This document shows positions 12,933 through 25,619 of a stretch of 64,000 nucleotides of DNA, piece after piece; the stretch's first letter is position 1, and the number at the start of each line of letters is the position of its first letter. The DNA lies in contig CM075989.1 of the NCBI GenBank assembly GCA_038087875.1, forward strand, positions 13,268,001-13,332,000, given 5' to 3'. A program made the translations under genes and the position numbers. This DNA comes from Malacoraja senta. Taxonomy: Eukaryota. The notes under the pieces were generated by a model. The model searched no databases, was not told the DNA's origin, and saw nothing but the letters and a program-made list of their open reading frames with translations.

Positions 12933-13843
12933 GTAACACAAAGAAGCTTTGAAGCATTGAAGTTTAAATCCTGACTCGGATGTTGCCCAGCAATGATTTT
13001 CTGCCAAATTTCCTATCTGTGTGTCACTTGTCACCAACTTATACATTTGATCAGAAGACTAGCTGAATTGTGAGGGACTTGTTAAATACTTGCAACATCA
13101 CAAACTTTTGTGTGTTTACTTTAACATTTTTAAAGACCACCTTTAATTTTGATAATTTTAAGTTTGATTCCAATGAGTTAACTAATTGGAGAATGATTGA
13201 AATGGGCCATTGCTTCCAGATAATGCAGGATAGTGTGCAAATTAATGTTAACTGCATTGAAGAAATATTTAGTTATGTTATTGATTTAATAAACATCTTT
13301 TACTGACTTATCAAAATTTACAGCAGGATGCACGAGCTTTGATTAATAGTTGCAAATTATACGGCTGACATGCCTATTCTTAGCTATTTCCATTGAAACT
13401 TGCAGGCAATGATTAGTTTGAAATCTCAAGTTGTGTCTGGAAAACAAAGACTATATTAAAACATCGCACAGCAGCAAGATACTTGCCATAAGTGGTCTGC
13501 CAACTGATTCATTTATAGACAATGGTTTATTTCATTAATGCATGCATATATATAGATATAGTTATTCAAAAAAATATATTGAGATGGGTGTTTTCACTGA
13601 CCCCATGAGTGAGCGGATAACAAGGATATTCATCTATAAGGACTCTAAATATGGATTGTCATCCCACTGTAGCATGCTGTAACAAACTAGGAGAATGAAA
13701 GAGATTTGCTTAAATTAGTATTTTAAAAAAATCCATATGAGCAAGGTTTATGTCTCTCTGTTTGGTCCCTTGGACTATACTAGTGCACCAAAAGTTTAAA
13801 TTTGGTGTTTCGTTGTGTTAAATGGAATATTTCTTCTTCTTAG

Positions 13844-13968
13844 GTGTTGTGAAACACGTTGGTGATGCACTGAAAGAACATATTTCACGATCTTCTCGGA
13901 AGATTTGTACAATTGGAATTGCCCCTTGGGGTGTTATTGAAAATAGGAATGACCTCATTGGAAGAGAT
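13844..13968 (+). CDS. TRPM7: TRPM7 exon 6 ([12 protein letters not shown]...NDLIGRD)
   Basis: cttag|GT ... GAT|gtaagg; 125 nt. Confidence 0.96.
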
Positions 13969-14061
13969 GTAAGGGGTTACATTTTAAGTTGAATTGAGCG
14001 TTGTTGAATTTTAGTCTGGTTTTAAATACTTTTTGATGTGACAACATTTCTGTGTTTTCAG

Positions 14062-14233
14062 GTTGTTGTACCATACCAGACCTTGTTAAACCCTCTGAGT
14101 AAATTGAATGTTCTAAATAGTTTGCATTCCCATTTCATTCTGGTGGATGATGGCACAGTTGGGAAGTATGGTGCTGAAGTTAAGCTTCGGAGAGAACTAG
14201 AAAAACACATCAACCTCCAGAAGATTCATGCAA
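14062..14233 (+). CDS. TRPM7: TRPM7 exon 7 ([11 protein letters not shown]...LQKIHA)
   Basis: ttcag|GTT ... A|gttagt; 172 nt. Confidence 0.96.
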
Positions 14234-14359
14234 GTTAGTTCTGCAGACATTTATAATAATCATAATATCAGCAAATTCTTCCCTTAACTCTCTGTATCCA
14301 TATCCTTCTCCCTGGTGAATACCGCTGAGAAATATTCATTTGTTACTTTGATTTTACAG

Positions 14360-14534
14360 GAATAGGCCAAGGTGTACCAGTAGTTGCTTTAATATTTGAG
14401 GGTGGTCCTAATGTCATCCCCACTGTGCTCGAATACCTGCTAGAGACACCCCCTGTACCTGTGGTTGTTTGTGAAGGGACTGGGCGAGCTGCAGACCTAC
14501 TGGCCTTTGTGCACAAGCAGACTGAGGAGGGAGG
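14360..14534 (+). CDS. TRPM7: TRPM7 exon 8 ([16 protein letters not shown]...QTEEG)
   Basis: tacag|GA ... GG|gtaagt; 175 nt. Confidence 0.96.
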
Positions 14535-15313
14535 GTAAGTTACTGATGCAATTTATTCAACAAAGGAAACGAACATCACTGTAATCTGTGCCTAGACAGT
14601 GTTTCTCACTCAGGAAAACAGAATGTGGGGTGTATCCACGTGTGCCTTTTATGTAATTATGCATCTCCTTGTCTCACTGTAAAACTGAAGTATGGAAATT
14701 ACAGTAATGCTTAACTGTCTCGTGGAATATGAGATTACCTGTCTGAGCCACTTCTTCTGATCACTCTCTTTTAATTAAACACTACCCAGTTAACTACTTT
14801 TGACAAATTCCTTATCCAAATATCTAGTTTTGCATAAAAAAGACTTTTAACACGAGACCGAGGCAAAATATTTAAGTAGGAAAATTGATTCTAGCCACCA
14901 GTGATTTGTAAAAATTGTTGCTTCTTGTTAACAACTTACCAATCTGCAAAAGTAGTCTCTTTCACTTTCTATGTTGAAGTCCTTTAATCCTGGAGCACAC
15001 ACCAATGCCATTTATTCAATACTTGAGGCTAGAAGGTTAATTTGTGTGAAGAAAGACTGATGTGAGGCAAAGCGTAATAAGAATTTTATGAATTTGCAAG
15101 GTAACAGTTTACATTATTGATCAATCAGGCCAACAGTATTTAGCTTGTGGAATCGTGAATTAGCTTGTAAGCAACTAACAAGTTTGTTTTTCTGCATGAA
15201 ATCTGGACTTGTGAAATTATTTATCTTGAATAACCTTTTTAGAATATTTTATAACTAATTCAATATGCTTGGCTGACTTTACTGATTAATTATGACTGTT
15301 TGGTTCCCACCAG

Positions 15314-15437
15314 TATGCTTCCTGATGGGTTGGAATTGGAAATCCTCACCACAATCAAAAAGACTTTTAACTTCAGCCAAAATGAAGCATTTCATTTATT
15401 CCAGACTCTGATGGAATGTATGAAGGCTAGAGAACTT
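15314..15437 (+). CDS. TRPM7: TRPM7 exon 9 (MLPDG...TIKKTFNF...ECMKAREL)
   Basis: accag|T ... CTT|gtaagt; 124 nt. Confidence 0.95.
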
Positions 15438-16491
15438 GTAAGTTTGCCACAAAAGTACGTTGTAGCGAGCTAGTAAATGATATATTTTTCAAGTCCAGAT
15501 CTGAATTTGATCCGTAGCAATGAAATAGGGATATCTGCACCCTTGTTAACGAGGATGAGTTTGGTAAAGGTCCTTGGTTTTTCACAATTTAGTTTTTTTT
15601 TAATGTTTCTTGCTTGAACTTTTAAGACTTTGTATTGGGAATGAGGAAAACTGGCACTGGTCATAGGTGAGGCTCAGAATGCAATACTAGGGCTGAGCAT
15701 ATTCTAGCAAGGCAGTATTTGCTCAGGATGAAAACATTGGTTAGGCAGGGGAGGGATGTGGTGGTGGAGAGGGGGGCGGACAAAGTGACGGCCGCCCCAG
15801 GAAAAGCGACAACTGGTGGGGGGGGGGGGGGACAGACGGTGACTGAGCACGTCCTGTCGGCAGCAGCCTGAAGAAAGCGCTGTCGGTCAGGGGCTACAAC
15901 AACAGCCACGTCAACGGACGATGCGACAGCTCGTGAGGAAGGCCTCGCGTGCATTTCTTTGTTTCTGCCTAGTTTTAAAGTGATTCCAACTTGCATAAAA
16001 TCTGACTTGCTTAAGGGTTTATGGGATGTAACCCTGCATTTAGCCATTGAACCTGGGTAAAGAATGCCACAGATTAACTTTTAATGAGCAAAGAACTCTT
16101 TTCTCATTGCATTCTTGACATCTTAAACTAATATAATGACTCTTCCACTTATCAAAGGGAAATGTGATCCATGCCTTTTCTTTCACAACCAAGAATTTAT
16201 TTGTGTTGAGAGCTTTGAAATGTTCTCTATATTTTACCCTGCATATCTCTATAGTATATACTGAGCAAATCCTAAACAAATTAGTAGCCTCCTCTCCAAA
16301 AGTGCATGTAGTTATTGATTGGGGGAATGTTTAGGCACAGCTGAGATGATATCCACCTACTTGAATTTGATACCTGCACAAACCTTGCTATAATAATAGA
16401 AGTAACATCTATGTTGTAACTTTCATGGAAAAATCATTACCAAGGGCTTCATTAAGGAGAAGAGATCGAACATGTTATTTTACATTTTCAG

Positions 16492-16564
16492 ATTACTGTA
16501 TATCATATTGGGGCAGAGGAACATCAAGATATAGATGTGGCCATTCTAACAGCATTGTTAAAAG
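16492..16564 (+). CDS. TRPM7: TRPM7 exon 10 (ITVYHIGAEEHQDIDVAILTALLK), GC donor
   Basis: ttcag|ATT ... AAAG|gcaagt; 73 nt; phase 1 matches exon 11. Confidence 0.93.
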
Positions 16565-17742
16565 GCAAGTATTCTGGGCTTGACCAGCTTCTTGGAACAC
16601 CATTCTTAATTTCATTTTATTTGGTGCTGATATCTTGGCTTTCTTTTATTACATTGAAGGTGAGATGTATTCATAGTAAAATTTGTTCCTTAAAAGGATA
16701 TTTAAGAAAGTTTAAGATCCACCTTTGATTTAATTTTGCAATAAAGTGTACGGTGTTAAGTGGTCTTGATTAGTTCTGTGTACAGAAGTTTATTAATCTG
16801 GTGCTTAAATATATATTTTCAGTAGCAATACAGCAGTGTACCAAATTGTTCCAGATTCTGCATGGTCATCACCTTTTTAATGAAGAAATCTATCCTTTCA
16901 ATCCTAAATCTCTTGTCATAAAACGCAAGATGACCCGTAGACAAATGGGATTAGAGAAGAAGCCAAAATAAACTACATTATATTGCTATTCTTTGATAAA
17001 CCCACAAATCCCACAGCTATCTTGACCATATGTCCTCCCACACTGTCTTCTATAATGGTGTCATCCTCCTTTCCCAATTTCTCCCTCAGCCACATCTCCA
17101 AACTTTCTGAAATATCCCCCTTCCTAAAGCATGGCTTCCTTTCTGCCATATTTCCTCCTTTGTCTGTATTTCTGCTCTGATCCTGAAAATGATAACCAAT
17201 ACAAGCATTGTCTCCAAGGCTCCTCCTTTACAACTCTGATTTGAAATTATCAAGCCTTGGGGATTTGTCAATTTTTTTGCACCATTTTCTTACTAATAAT
17301 GTTCTTTACTTCCTCAGCCTCATCAGATTCATGGTTTCTTTACACTTCTGGAAAGTTATTTTGACATTTGGATGTTTGTTCTGCCATTTTCCTGCTTCCC
17401 CATTATAAATTCTTCCAGATCTACTCTTGCAGATAGTTGCTCACAGATTATATATAAAGATGTATTAATTACTTGGAGCATTGCGGCCAGCGACCTTGAT
17501 TATTGGGGGCATTGCCTTCATCTGTCAGCTATGGAATCATTCCATACTTAGCCTAAAAATCAAGCTGACCATAACAGTAACAATTATTTTTGCTGTTGAT
17601 GGTCTACTTTTTACTCTGAGTGTGAAATGATAGTCAAGAGGAACCCGTTTTTGTTGTTTGGAATAAGAAAACAGAATTATTTCTAGAACCTACTCCAGTT
17701 CTCAAAACTCCTATTTCCCTAAACCTTTAACTGTTTATTCAG

Positions 17743-17843
17743 GTACCAATTCTTCTGCATTTGATCAATTGATCTTAACACTTGCCTGGGACAGAGTGGA
17801 TATTGCCAAGAATCATGCATTTGTTTATGGGCAGCAGTGGCAG
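17743..17843 (+). CDS. TRPM7: TRPM7 exon 11 ([22 protein letters not shown]...QQWQ)
   Basis: ttcag|GT ... CAG|gtatgt; 101 nt. Confidence 0.96.
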
Positions 17844-18009
17844 GTATGTTCACATTTCAGAAAAATTAAGTTTATATTCAACCAGAGAGAGAAATGAATG
17901 AAGCAAATCTTCTGCTATCCTGTGTTTGCTGTTTGTCTGCTACCTGGGCTATGCTATTTCTCCTAGCCCAATCTACAGCATAGTTTTTTACCTGGGAGTT
18001 TGGCTCCCA

Positions 18010-18892
18010 GCCCATCAAGGTACAGGACTTCTGACTCGAGCTGTAGTGATGGGAATTACATCAACAACAAAGAAACGTGACTCCTACCTGTTCCCAAACC
18101 GCCCTTTTTGTCCTTGGCCTCCTCCATTGGCAGAGTTGGGCCACGTGCAAACTGGAAGAACAGTACTTCATATTTCCCCTTGGATAGCCTACAACCCAAC
18201 GGAATGAACATTGAATTCTCCAATTTCAAGTAAGGCCTCCACTCTTTTTTTCCCTAACCTCCCACCCCAATGCGCACAACGTTCTCCCACAACCCTAGTC
18301 ACCCTGCTCCTTTGCCCTCCTCTGCATGCAAATCTCCCATCCCCGAGTCCCATATTTTCCCTTTACCCCCTTCCCGTTCCACACTTATCCACCCTCCAGC
18401 TCTACATTTACTCACAAGCCTTTCTTGACGTCCTCTGAGGGAGGGCTATATGTATGATTTTATGTATGTACTTAATCTATGAACCACTGTTGTATAACAT
18501 TAGTACCTCCACCAATGTAAAGCACTTTGGTCAACGAGAGTTGTTTTTTAAATGTGCTATAGAAATAAAAGTGACTTGACTTGACTACATTTCACTCCCC
18601 TTTCCTTATCTGACATACCTTGGTCTTCATTACACCTCCAACCTTTGGCACTTACTGCACTCATCTGCTAATCGGCACCCCTCGTCTATATCCACTTATC
18701 AATTGCCAACTCTGCCCAATCAACTTCTCTCTTTTCCAACTTTCTCCTCCCTACTCCATCAATCTGAAGAAGGGTCCTGACCTAAAACGTCCTCTGTTCT
18801 TGTCCCTCCACAAATGCTGCCAGACCCACTGAGTTCCCCCAGCATCTTGATTTTTGCTCAAGATTCCAGCTTCTGCAGTTTCTTGTGTCTCT
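18010..18892 (+). mobile_element. Penelope-like element 3' fragment with nested L2-like tail (~18413-18584)
   Basis: Matches the end of the GIY-YIG ORF (CKLEEQ..IF) and terminal motif of 36501-37757; nested piece ends aataaaagtgacttgacttga between ctacattt repeats. Confidence 0.75.
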
Positions 18893-19295
18893 TACCGTCA
18901 TACTTTCTTTGAGTGTTTGATAATCTTGAAATCACGAACATTAGAAATCACTTAGGATTTCTGAAAGAATTCTTTCTTTTTAATTAAACTTTTCTCGCTG
19001 ATTTCATTCTGTTTATAGCTGAGCTATGCAGAAGGCAACACTTAAACCTCTGCCTGAGATTTCCTAAATATAGGTATGTCCACCAGCAGGTCTCAGCAGA
19101 AGACTTGTTTCACCATTTCAAGTGGATTTTAATTTTATAATGCTTATTTGTAAAGGTAACAATGGAATTGTTGCCTGTTGAATTCAAAACTTCTTTATAT
19201 ATTCAATTATTTGCTAATTATGTTTTATTTAGATAGGTGTAGGCATTTATCATACCTTTTTTAGGTCAACCTCTAATTGGCATTGAATGTTTCAG

Positions 19296-19430
19296 GTTGG
19301 ATCACTTGAACAAGCGATGTTGGATGCTCTTGTCATGGACAGAGTGGAATTTGTGAAACTTCTCATTGAAAATGGAGTTAGCATGCACAAGTTCCTCACA
19401 ATCCCTAGACTTGAAGAGTTATACAATACA
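19296..19430 (+). CDS. TRPM7: TRPM7 exon 12 ([17 protein letters not shown]...EELYNT)
   Basis: ttcag|GTT ... ACA|gtaagt; 135 nt. Confidence 0.96.
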
Positions 19431-19534
19431 GTAAGTGGAAGGGATGTCAAAGAAAAACTACAAATACTGCAAATCTGAAATAAAAACATAAAACGTTGGA
19501 AACACTTAGCAGTTCGGGTAGCAACTATGAAAAA

Positions 19535-19636
19535 GTAAGATAGCCACAAAATGCTGGAGTAACTCAGCAAGTCAGGCAGCATTTCTGGAAAAAAACAATG
19601 GGTGACATTTTGAGCTGGAACCCTTCTTCAGACTGA
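19535..19636 (-). mobile_element. Short Penelope-derived element (degenerate hammerhead)
   Basis: acaaaatgctggagtaactcagc...cccttcttcagact. Confidence 0.75.
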
Positions 19637-20208
19637 AAGATAGAGGTGGAGTGGGGGGGATAAAAGGGCCAGAACAAAACAGGGCTGGCAACAAATTACC
19701 TCAGGAAGGGTTGAGTTCATAATGGCCCATTGTTGGCTGGGGCAGATGTGCTAACGACAGGGATACGAGGACGTCTGTATCCCTGTTTTGTACCGACATG
19801 TATGCCTGTTACTGCACTGGAACAGGAGCTTCAGCATGAAAGATTAACTCTGTTTCCCATTCCACTGATGTAACCTGACCTGCTAAGTTTTTCTAGCAGT
19901 TTCTGCAAATTTTCAATAACGAAAAATGATGGTTAATGCTTTGGCATTACAATGCAATAGTTGTTTGGGATGTTGCATTATGTGTATGGAAAATATTTAG
20001 GATTTCATACTTTGTGTATTTCAAATTGATCTGTAAGAACATAAACTGGGATGCATGACCTTGTATCAAATTAAAGAGTGTTAATATATTGATTAATCCA
20101 AAATGTATTTTCCGTTTGTTTGTGGCTATACATTGAACTTCAACAGTACTTTACAGTGAACATTATAAGGATGAATTAATACAAACGTCTTTCAAATACA
20201 GAAGTAAT

Positions 20209-20351
20209 TTCAAGATTCAAGAATCATTTTAATTGTCACATGTACCAATTATGGTACAGTGAAATTTGAGTTACCATACAGCCATACTAAGTGAGAAAAA
20301 CAACAATATACAATTCAGCCACATAAAATAATATTTAACATAAACATCCAC
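20209..20351 (-). mobile_element. Retroposon 3' tail (Rex/L2-like), same family as 41961-42450
   Basis: ttcaagattcaag...attgtcacatgtaccaatt...ttaccatacagccatacta shared by both copies. Confidence 0.65.
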
Positions 20352-20482
20352 TGGGAGCTGTTTGTTAGCTCTGCTGAAATTAGTGACATTCTGCAGAAGT
20401 GGGCAATGAAAAAATATTTACTCTGCCTTTCCTGACCGTTGCTGGATAACTGCTTTTGTATTTTTGTGCTCTTTCAATGCAG

Positions 20483-20536
20483 AAACAAGGGCCAACTAAT
20501 CCAACATTGCTTCATCTAGTGAGAGATGTTAAACAG
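20483..20536 (+). CDS. TRPM7: TRPM7 exon 13 (KQGPTNPTLLHLVRDVKQ)
   Basis: tgcag|AAA ... CAG|gtaatc; 54 nt. Confidence 0.95.
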
Positions 20537-21533
20537 GTAATCTTACTCTTGCTAGTCTTTAAGCTTTGTAACTACATACTGAGATCTCGCACCAATGTTT
20601 AAAATAGCTTTAGAATACATATTTTACAGTGATAGTTGAACCGATATGTCCAATTAAAGACAGACACACACAGATGATGGAATTTGGAAGAAAAAATGAA
20701 CTACTCGGGGAACTCAGTCTATCAAACAACAACTGTGAAGGCCAAGGGACAGTCGATGTTTTGGGTCGAGGCGCAGCATCAGGACTGAGCGTAGAGAGGA
20801 GAGGCAGGGGTTGTCAGGAGATAGGTGCAATTGAATGACGAGGGTGATGGGAGGCAGTGAGTGATAAGTACAGACAGATATTGAAAGAGAAGGGAAAAAC
20901 AAGTAGATGGATCATTTTTCTTGCTTTCTGCAATTCCCTGTTATAGATGTGTATGACAATGACATTTGTAACATAAAGATGATTTTCTTCCAACATCTCT
21001 TTAATGGCATTGTTTTGTTAGTAAGAAATGTCATTTTGAATTGAAGCTATTTATGCTTGGTTATGTCCAGCAGGATAGTTGAAGGAAGAGTTCAGCCTCG
21101 TTGAGTCATAGTCAGACAGTATGGAAACAACCCTTAGCCTAACATATCCATGTTAGTCATCAACACTAGCCTTACACTCAGCCCATTTTAATCCACCCAA
21201 ATTTCTGCTCAGATTCTAGCACATATTTATATAGTGGGGTGATTTACAGTGCCAATTAACATTCTCACCAGCACATCCTTGGGGTGTGGCTAGAAACCAA
21301 AGAGCACAGGACGTGCATATTCTTCAAAAACTACTACGGAGGTCAGGTTTGAAACTGGTTCACTGGACGCATTTTTATTTTTATCAATTGCTGTTGGTGA
21401 TGCCTTTTCATATTTTAAGTTGAGCCACTGAGTTATGTTAGAAAGATGCATTGATCTTAACCCATTATTATTTCCCTGAGGGTGAAACTTCACTCTGATC
21501 ATGGAATTAATAATTTTGATTTATGTTTCATAG

Positions 21534-21674
21534 GGGAATCTTCCTTCAGATTATAAAATCACTTTGATTGATGTGGGTCTTGTCATCGAATATCTTATGG
21601 GTGGAACATATCGATGTACGTACACAAGGAAACGTTTCAGAATTATCTACAACAATCTTCATGGACACACTCGG
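21534..21674 (+). CDS. TRPM7: TRPM7 exon 14 ([24 protein letters not shown]...HTR)
   Basis: catag|GGG ... CGG|gtatgc; 141 nt. Confidence 0.96.
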
Positions 21675-22569
21675 GTATGCTCTTTGCTTTCCAGAATATT
21701 TCATGTATATGAAGTATAGTCAGCTAGCTCAATGTAATGACTTAGAAATGAACAACGAGGGTTTTTGAACCACATGCAAAGTTGATAATGTTCTGTGCTT
21801 GACTGCAAGTTATTGCTAATTTATCCTAATGCCCCAGCCTGCCACGTAGCTCACCATGTGGATAAAAAGTGGGGAATATAAAGATGCAATATTTTTCATT
21901 TGCTCACAATGTTATCTATGGATTGTAGCACTTGGTTTTAGCTTTTGATTTTGATCAGAAATTATTTTCTACATTTATAAACGAGTTAAAATGACTCTCT
22001 TTAGAATTGAAGTGAATTTATATATTCAATCCTGTTATGACAAAATGCTGCTCAGGTTCTGCTTTAGGCAAACTAATAGTTGTGTTGGCATGTTTGTCAA
22101 TAGATGCATGTAAGGGAATCAGAATCAATTGCATCAGGTAATATCTTTTCATGAAGTTCTTAGTATCAAATCAACTTTTAATAAAGATATCTTCATACTT
22201 TCAATCTCTTCCGTTTGTTTTTATATCTTAAAAGGTTTTAATATTTAATAACATTATTATTCATCCTAAATTGCATCATCTCTCGTATCCCTATGGTAAA
22301 TTTCATCTGATACTCAGATGCCCAAAATACCAGTCTGACGGAATTTCTAAAGTTGCACTTTGTGGTTACTGAATTAATAATCCAGAAGCCTGGACACATA
22401 ACTCAGAGACCACAAATCAATTCAAATAAAATTGTAGGAATTTAAAACTCTTGTTAATTAAAGTGACCATAACGCAGGAGAGTATGTTCAGCCCTAACAT
22501 CTAAACTCGTGTAACACTTGAATATCATTGGAAATTTTTAATGAGTATTCCTTTACCCTTTTAATCCAG

Positions 22570-22704
22570 AGATCTGGGCGGCATTCATCAAGCAGTATAC
22601 CTCAGCTACGCAAACACCAGGAGTCACTGACTAATCGAGCAGACAAAAAGGAAAAGACTCGACATAATCACTTCATTAAGACTGCACAGCCTTATAAACC
22701 TAAG
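22570..22704 (+). CDS. TRPM7: TRPM7 exon 15 (RSGRHSSS...HNHFIKTAQPYKPK)
   Basis: tccag|AGA ... AAG|gtactg; 135 nt. Confidence 0.95.
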
Positions 22705-23082
22705 GTACTGGGAAACATGGCATAACACGTTTGGCAGATAGAGGAGGTGAATGCACTACCTGCTAGATTTTAAACACAGAAAAACATACTCTCATCACAA
22801 CTGAGTTGTCACGCTAAGTGTGCATAGATTTCAATGATATAGGCTTGTCTACGGAACATTTTATTTTTATTAGTTTATTCATGTTTTCATTCGGTTTATT
22901 TGAAAAATGTATTTGAAGAATGCCATGGCATTCTGCTATCTAAAATCTTTGTCTTGCACTACCAGTCCTATAATCCAATGAACTGATGCTCATTGAGTAT
23001 TTTTCTCTATCTGGAATCTCTTTAAACCTAGCAAGAATTTCAATGATCTTACAAAACTATATGTATTGTTCTTAAAAATGTG

Positions 23083-23212
23083 TAAGAAAGAACTGCAGAT
23101 GCTGGTTTAAATCAAAGGTAGACACAAAGTGCTGGAGTAACTCAACGGGTGAGGCAGCATCTCTGGGGAGAAGGAATCGGGGACGTTTCGGGTCAAGACC
23201 CTTCATCAGACT
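23083..23212 (-). mobile_element. Short Penelope-derived element with intact minimal hammerhead core
   Basis: Minus strand agt-CUGAUGA-a-GGGU-cuug-ACCC-GAAAC-GUC; 8-bp TSD aaaatgtg (23075-23082, 23213-23220). Confidence 0.85.
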
Positions 23213-23294
23213 AAAATGTGGTATGTTAGAGTAAGTGCCCACCACTTTGCAAGATACTTTTCATAAGAAGCAGAAGTGTTTCCCAAGCTTGTTG

Positions 23295-23755
23295 TAATAC
23301 AGTACGGAAAGAGATTGTGCAGCCCACCATGTACACGCCAGACAGTGGGCACCCATCCATATTGATTCCATCTTTCAGCACTTGGCCTATAGCATTCTGT
23401 GCCGCTGCAATGCAAGTGCCTGTTTAGATGCACAAATTATGTCAGCAACTCTGCTTTCACCACTCTCTCCAGCAGCGCATACCAGGTACTCTCTACTCTC
23501 TAGGTGATAGGTCCCCTTCAAATCAGTCCCCTCTTAACCTATAGTTTTATCAACCTTTGAGATGGGTGATTCTATCTACCTTATCTATACCCCTCAATTT
23601 TATATGCCTCAATCATGTCCCCTCTTAACCACCTCCCCACTCCAGGGAACATGGACCTAGCTTTTCCAGTCTCTCCTCGCAATTGAAATGCCTCATCCAT
23701 GCAAGATCCCAATGAATCTTGTTTACATCCTCATCAGCGCTATCTCATCTTTTGA
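23295..23755 (-). mobile_element. Degenerate CR1-type LINE 3' fragment
   Basis: Resembles the reverse complement of the CR1 3' region; ends approximate. Confidence 0.65.
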
Positions 23756-24086
23756 GATGTAGACAATTATGGTAGCTTTCAAAATTCTGCAGCAGAAATG
23801 CTTGGATCTGAGACGGGGTCAAGCAACTGATAGGTCCAGTAGCTGAGAAGCCAGAGACTCAGAAGCAAGTGATCTAATTAATCATCGTGACAGCCGCTAA
23901 GTCAACAGGTCTAATGTTGCACTCTCCACAGTTTTTGCAGTTTAAATAGACAGGTGCACATATCATTAGTAAATTAGCAACCAATTTGATTTGAATCACC
24001 GAGCATATCGTTATCTTATGTTAACTTACTTTTTTTACCCTGTTTTTAGCAAAGGAAATGTTGACTCTGTATTTTTGCTTTATTAG

Positions 24087-24367
24087 CCCGAATCCTCTGT
24101 TGATCAGGGAAAGAAAAAGAGAGCCAAAGATGAAATTGTGGACATTGATGACCCCGAAACCAGATGTTTTCCCTATCCTTTCAATGAACTACTAGTGTGG
24201 GCTGTACTAATGAAGAGGCAGAAAATGGCTATGTTCTTTTGGCAACATGGAGAAGAGTCCATGGCTAAAGCTTTAGTTGCATGCAAGCTAAATCGATCTA
24301 TGTCATGTGAAGCAAAGCAGAGTGATGTTGTTGATGATACTTCTGAAGAGCTGAAGCAATCTTCTAG
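24087..24367 (+). CDS. TRPM7: TRPM7 exon 16 ([11 protein letters not shown]...[12 protein letters not shown]...EELKQS)
   Basis: attag|CCC ... AG|gtcagt; 281 nt. Confidence 0.95.
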
Positions 24368-24577
24368 GTCAGTCATTATTAAGTACGGTAATTTTGATAT
24401 CTAGGGACTTTGTTCCTATAGCTGAGTTCAGAAGAAGTCACTTTCATGTGATTGAAATCATTTAAACTGATATAATGTAAAGAATCATTTCAGATTTACG
24501 TGTCATTTTATGTATTTCCTTTTTTAAACCTTTAACTGCAAGTGCTGGTAGATGGTCTAATCTTAGAACTGTTAACA

Positions 24578-24800
24578 GGATGGCACAGTGGCGCAGTTGG
24601 TAGACCTCCTGCCTTGCAGAGCCAGAGACCCGGGTTCGATCCTGACCTCGGGTACTATCTGTGTGGAATTTACTAGTTTTCCCCACGTATGGGATTGGCC
24701 TCTGAAAATTTCCCCTAGTGTGTAGGGAGTGGGTGTGAACTGGGGATCGATGGTCGGCGTGGAATTGATGGAGTGGACCGAAGGGCCCGTTTCCATGCTC
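24578..24800 (+). mobile_element. tRNA-derived SINE (HE1 type) with CR1-like tail
   Basis: tggcgcagttgg A-box, ggttcgatcc B-box, tail gaagggcccgtttccatgct. Confidence 0.85.
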
Positions 24801-25161
24801 AAACTAAAATTTAGTGTATGATAGCCAGCAGTCGGATAATTGACCAAATGATTTTACAACTTCCAAGCTGGGTAATGCTATCCATCTCTGATATAGCTGT
24901 GAAAGTGAATTGGTGAACAGTTGACCATGATAATAATGTAGAGAATATGTAGTCAGAAGATCAGCAGGTGTTCAAATTGAATAACATGGTAGTCAACAGT
25001 ATTGACATGGTAGTCAGCCATTGGTCAGGGAGTAGATGGAATCAAGGGAATTAATTTTGTGGCAAAGTCTGAAAAATTATGACTTTTGCTTTTCGAGTCA
25101 TTGATGAATGGATGTATGGACATATTGTGTAAACCCTCAACCCTTGTGGAAAACCCTCTTA

Positions 25162-25619
25162 AGGGGCTGTCCCACTGCGGCAACCTAAACCACGAGTTCT
25201 GGCGAGTTTGCCCTCGACTCGTACTCGCAGCATGGTCGATACGAGGTCCTAGGAGGTCTTTGTACCTCTCCTTCATGCTCGAGGATAGTCCCCGCGTACT
25301 CAAGGCCTCAGCTAGGTCGCAGCATATTTTTCAACATGTTGAAAAATGCCCGCGAGTAAAAAAAGTCGCCATGGAAAAAATCGATACTTTTTTTACTCGT
25401 AGGTTTAGTCGTAGTAGGTCGGCATGTTATTCATGGGTAATCGAGGGTAGTCGAAGGTAGTCGTAGATAGTCTTCAACATAGTCGAAGGAGGTCTTCTCC
25501 ACTCTCCACTGTTCGGAGTCCAATTTTCCCGAAGCTAGTCTTCAACATAGTCGAAGGAGGTCTTCAACATGACATTTTTTCAAACTCGCGAATTAGGCCG
25601 CCGCAGTGGGACAGCCCCT
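25162..25619. mobile_element. PIF/Harbinger-type MITE
   Basis: Perfect 20-bp TIR aggggctgtcccactgcggc; TTA target duplication; internal tagtcttcaacatagtcgaaggaggtctt repeats. Confidence 0.88.

Noticed and set aside
12733-12957. Antisense ORFs over TRPM7 exons and LINE ORFs (e.g. also 19292-19582, 24173-24376, 55487-55738)
   Set aside because: Reverse-strand shadows of real coding sequence
24040-24086. Upstream alternative acceptor for exon 16
   Set aside because: Adds 37 nt and shifts the frame
25400-25575. Short repeats resembling a CRISPR-like array
   Set aside because: Irregular subterminal repeats inside a Harbinger MITE in a vertebrate intron; no unique spacers
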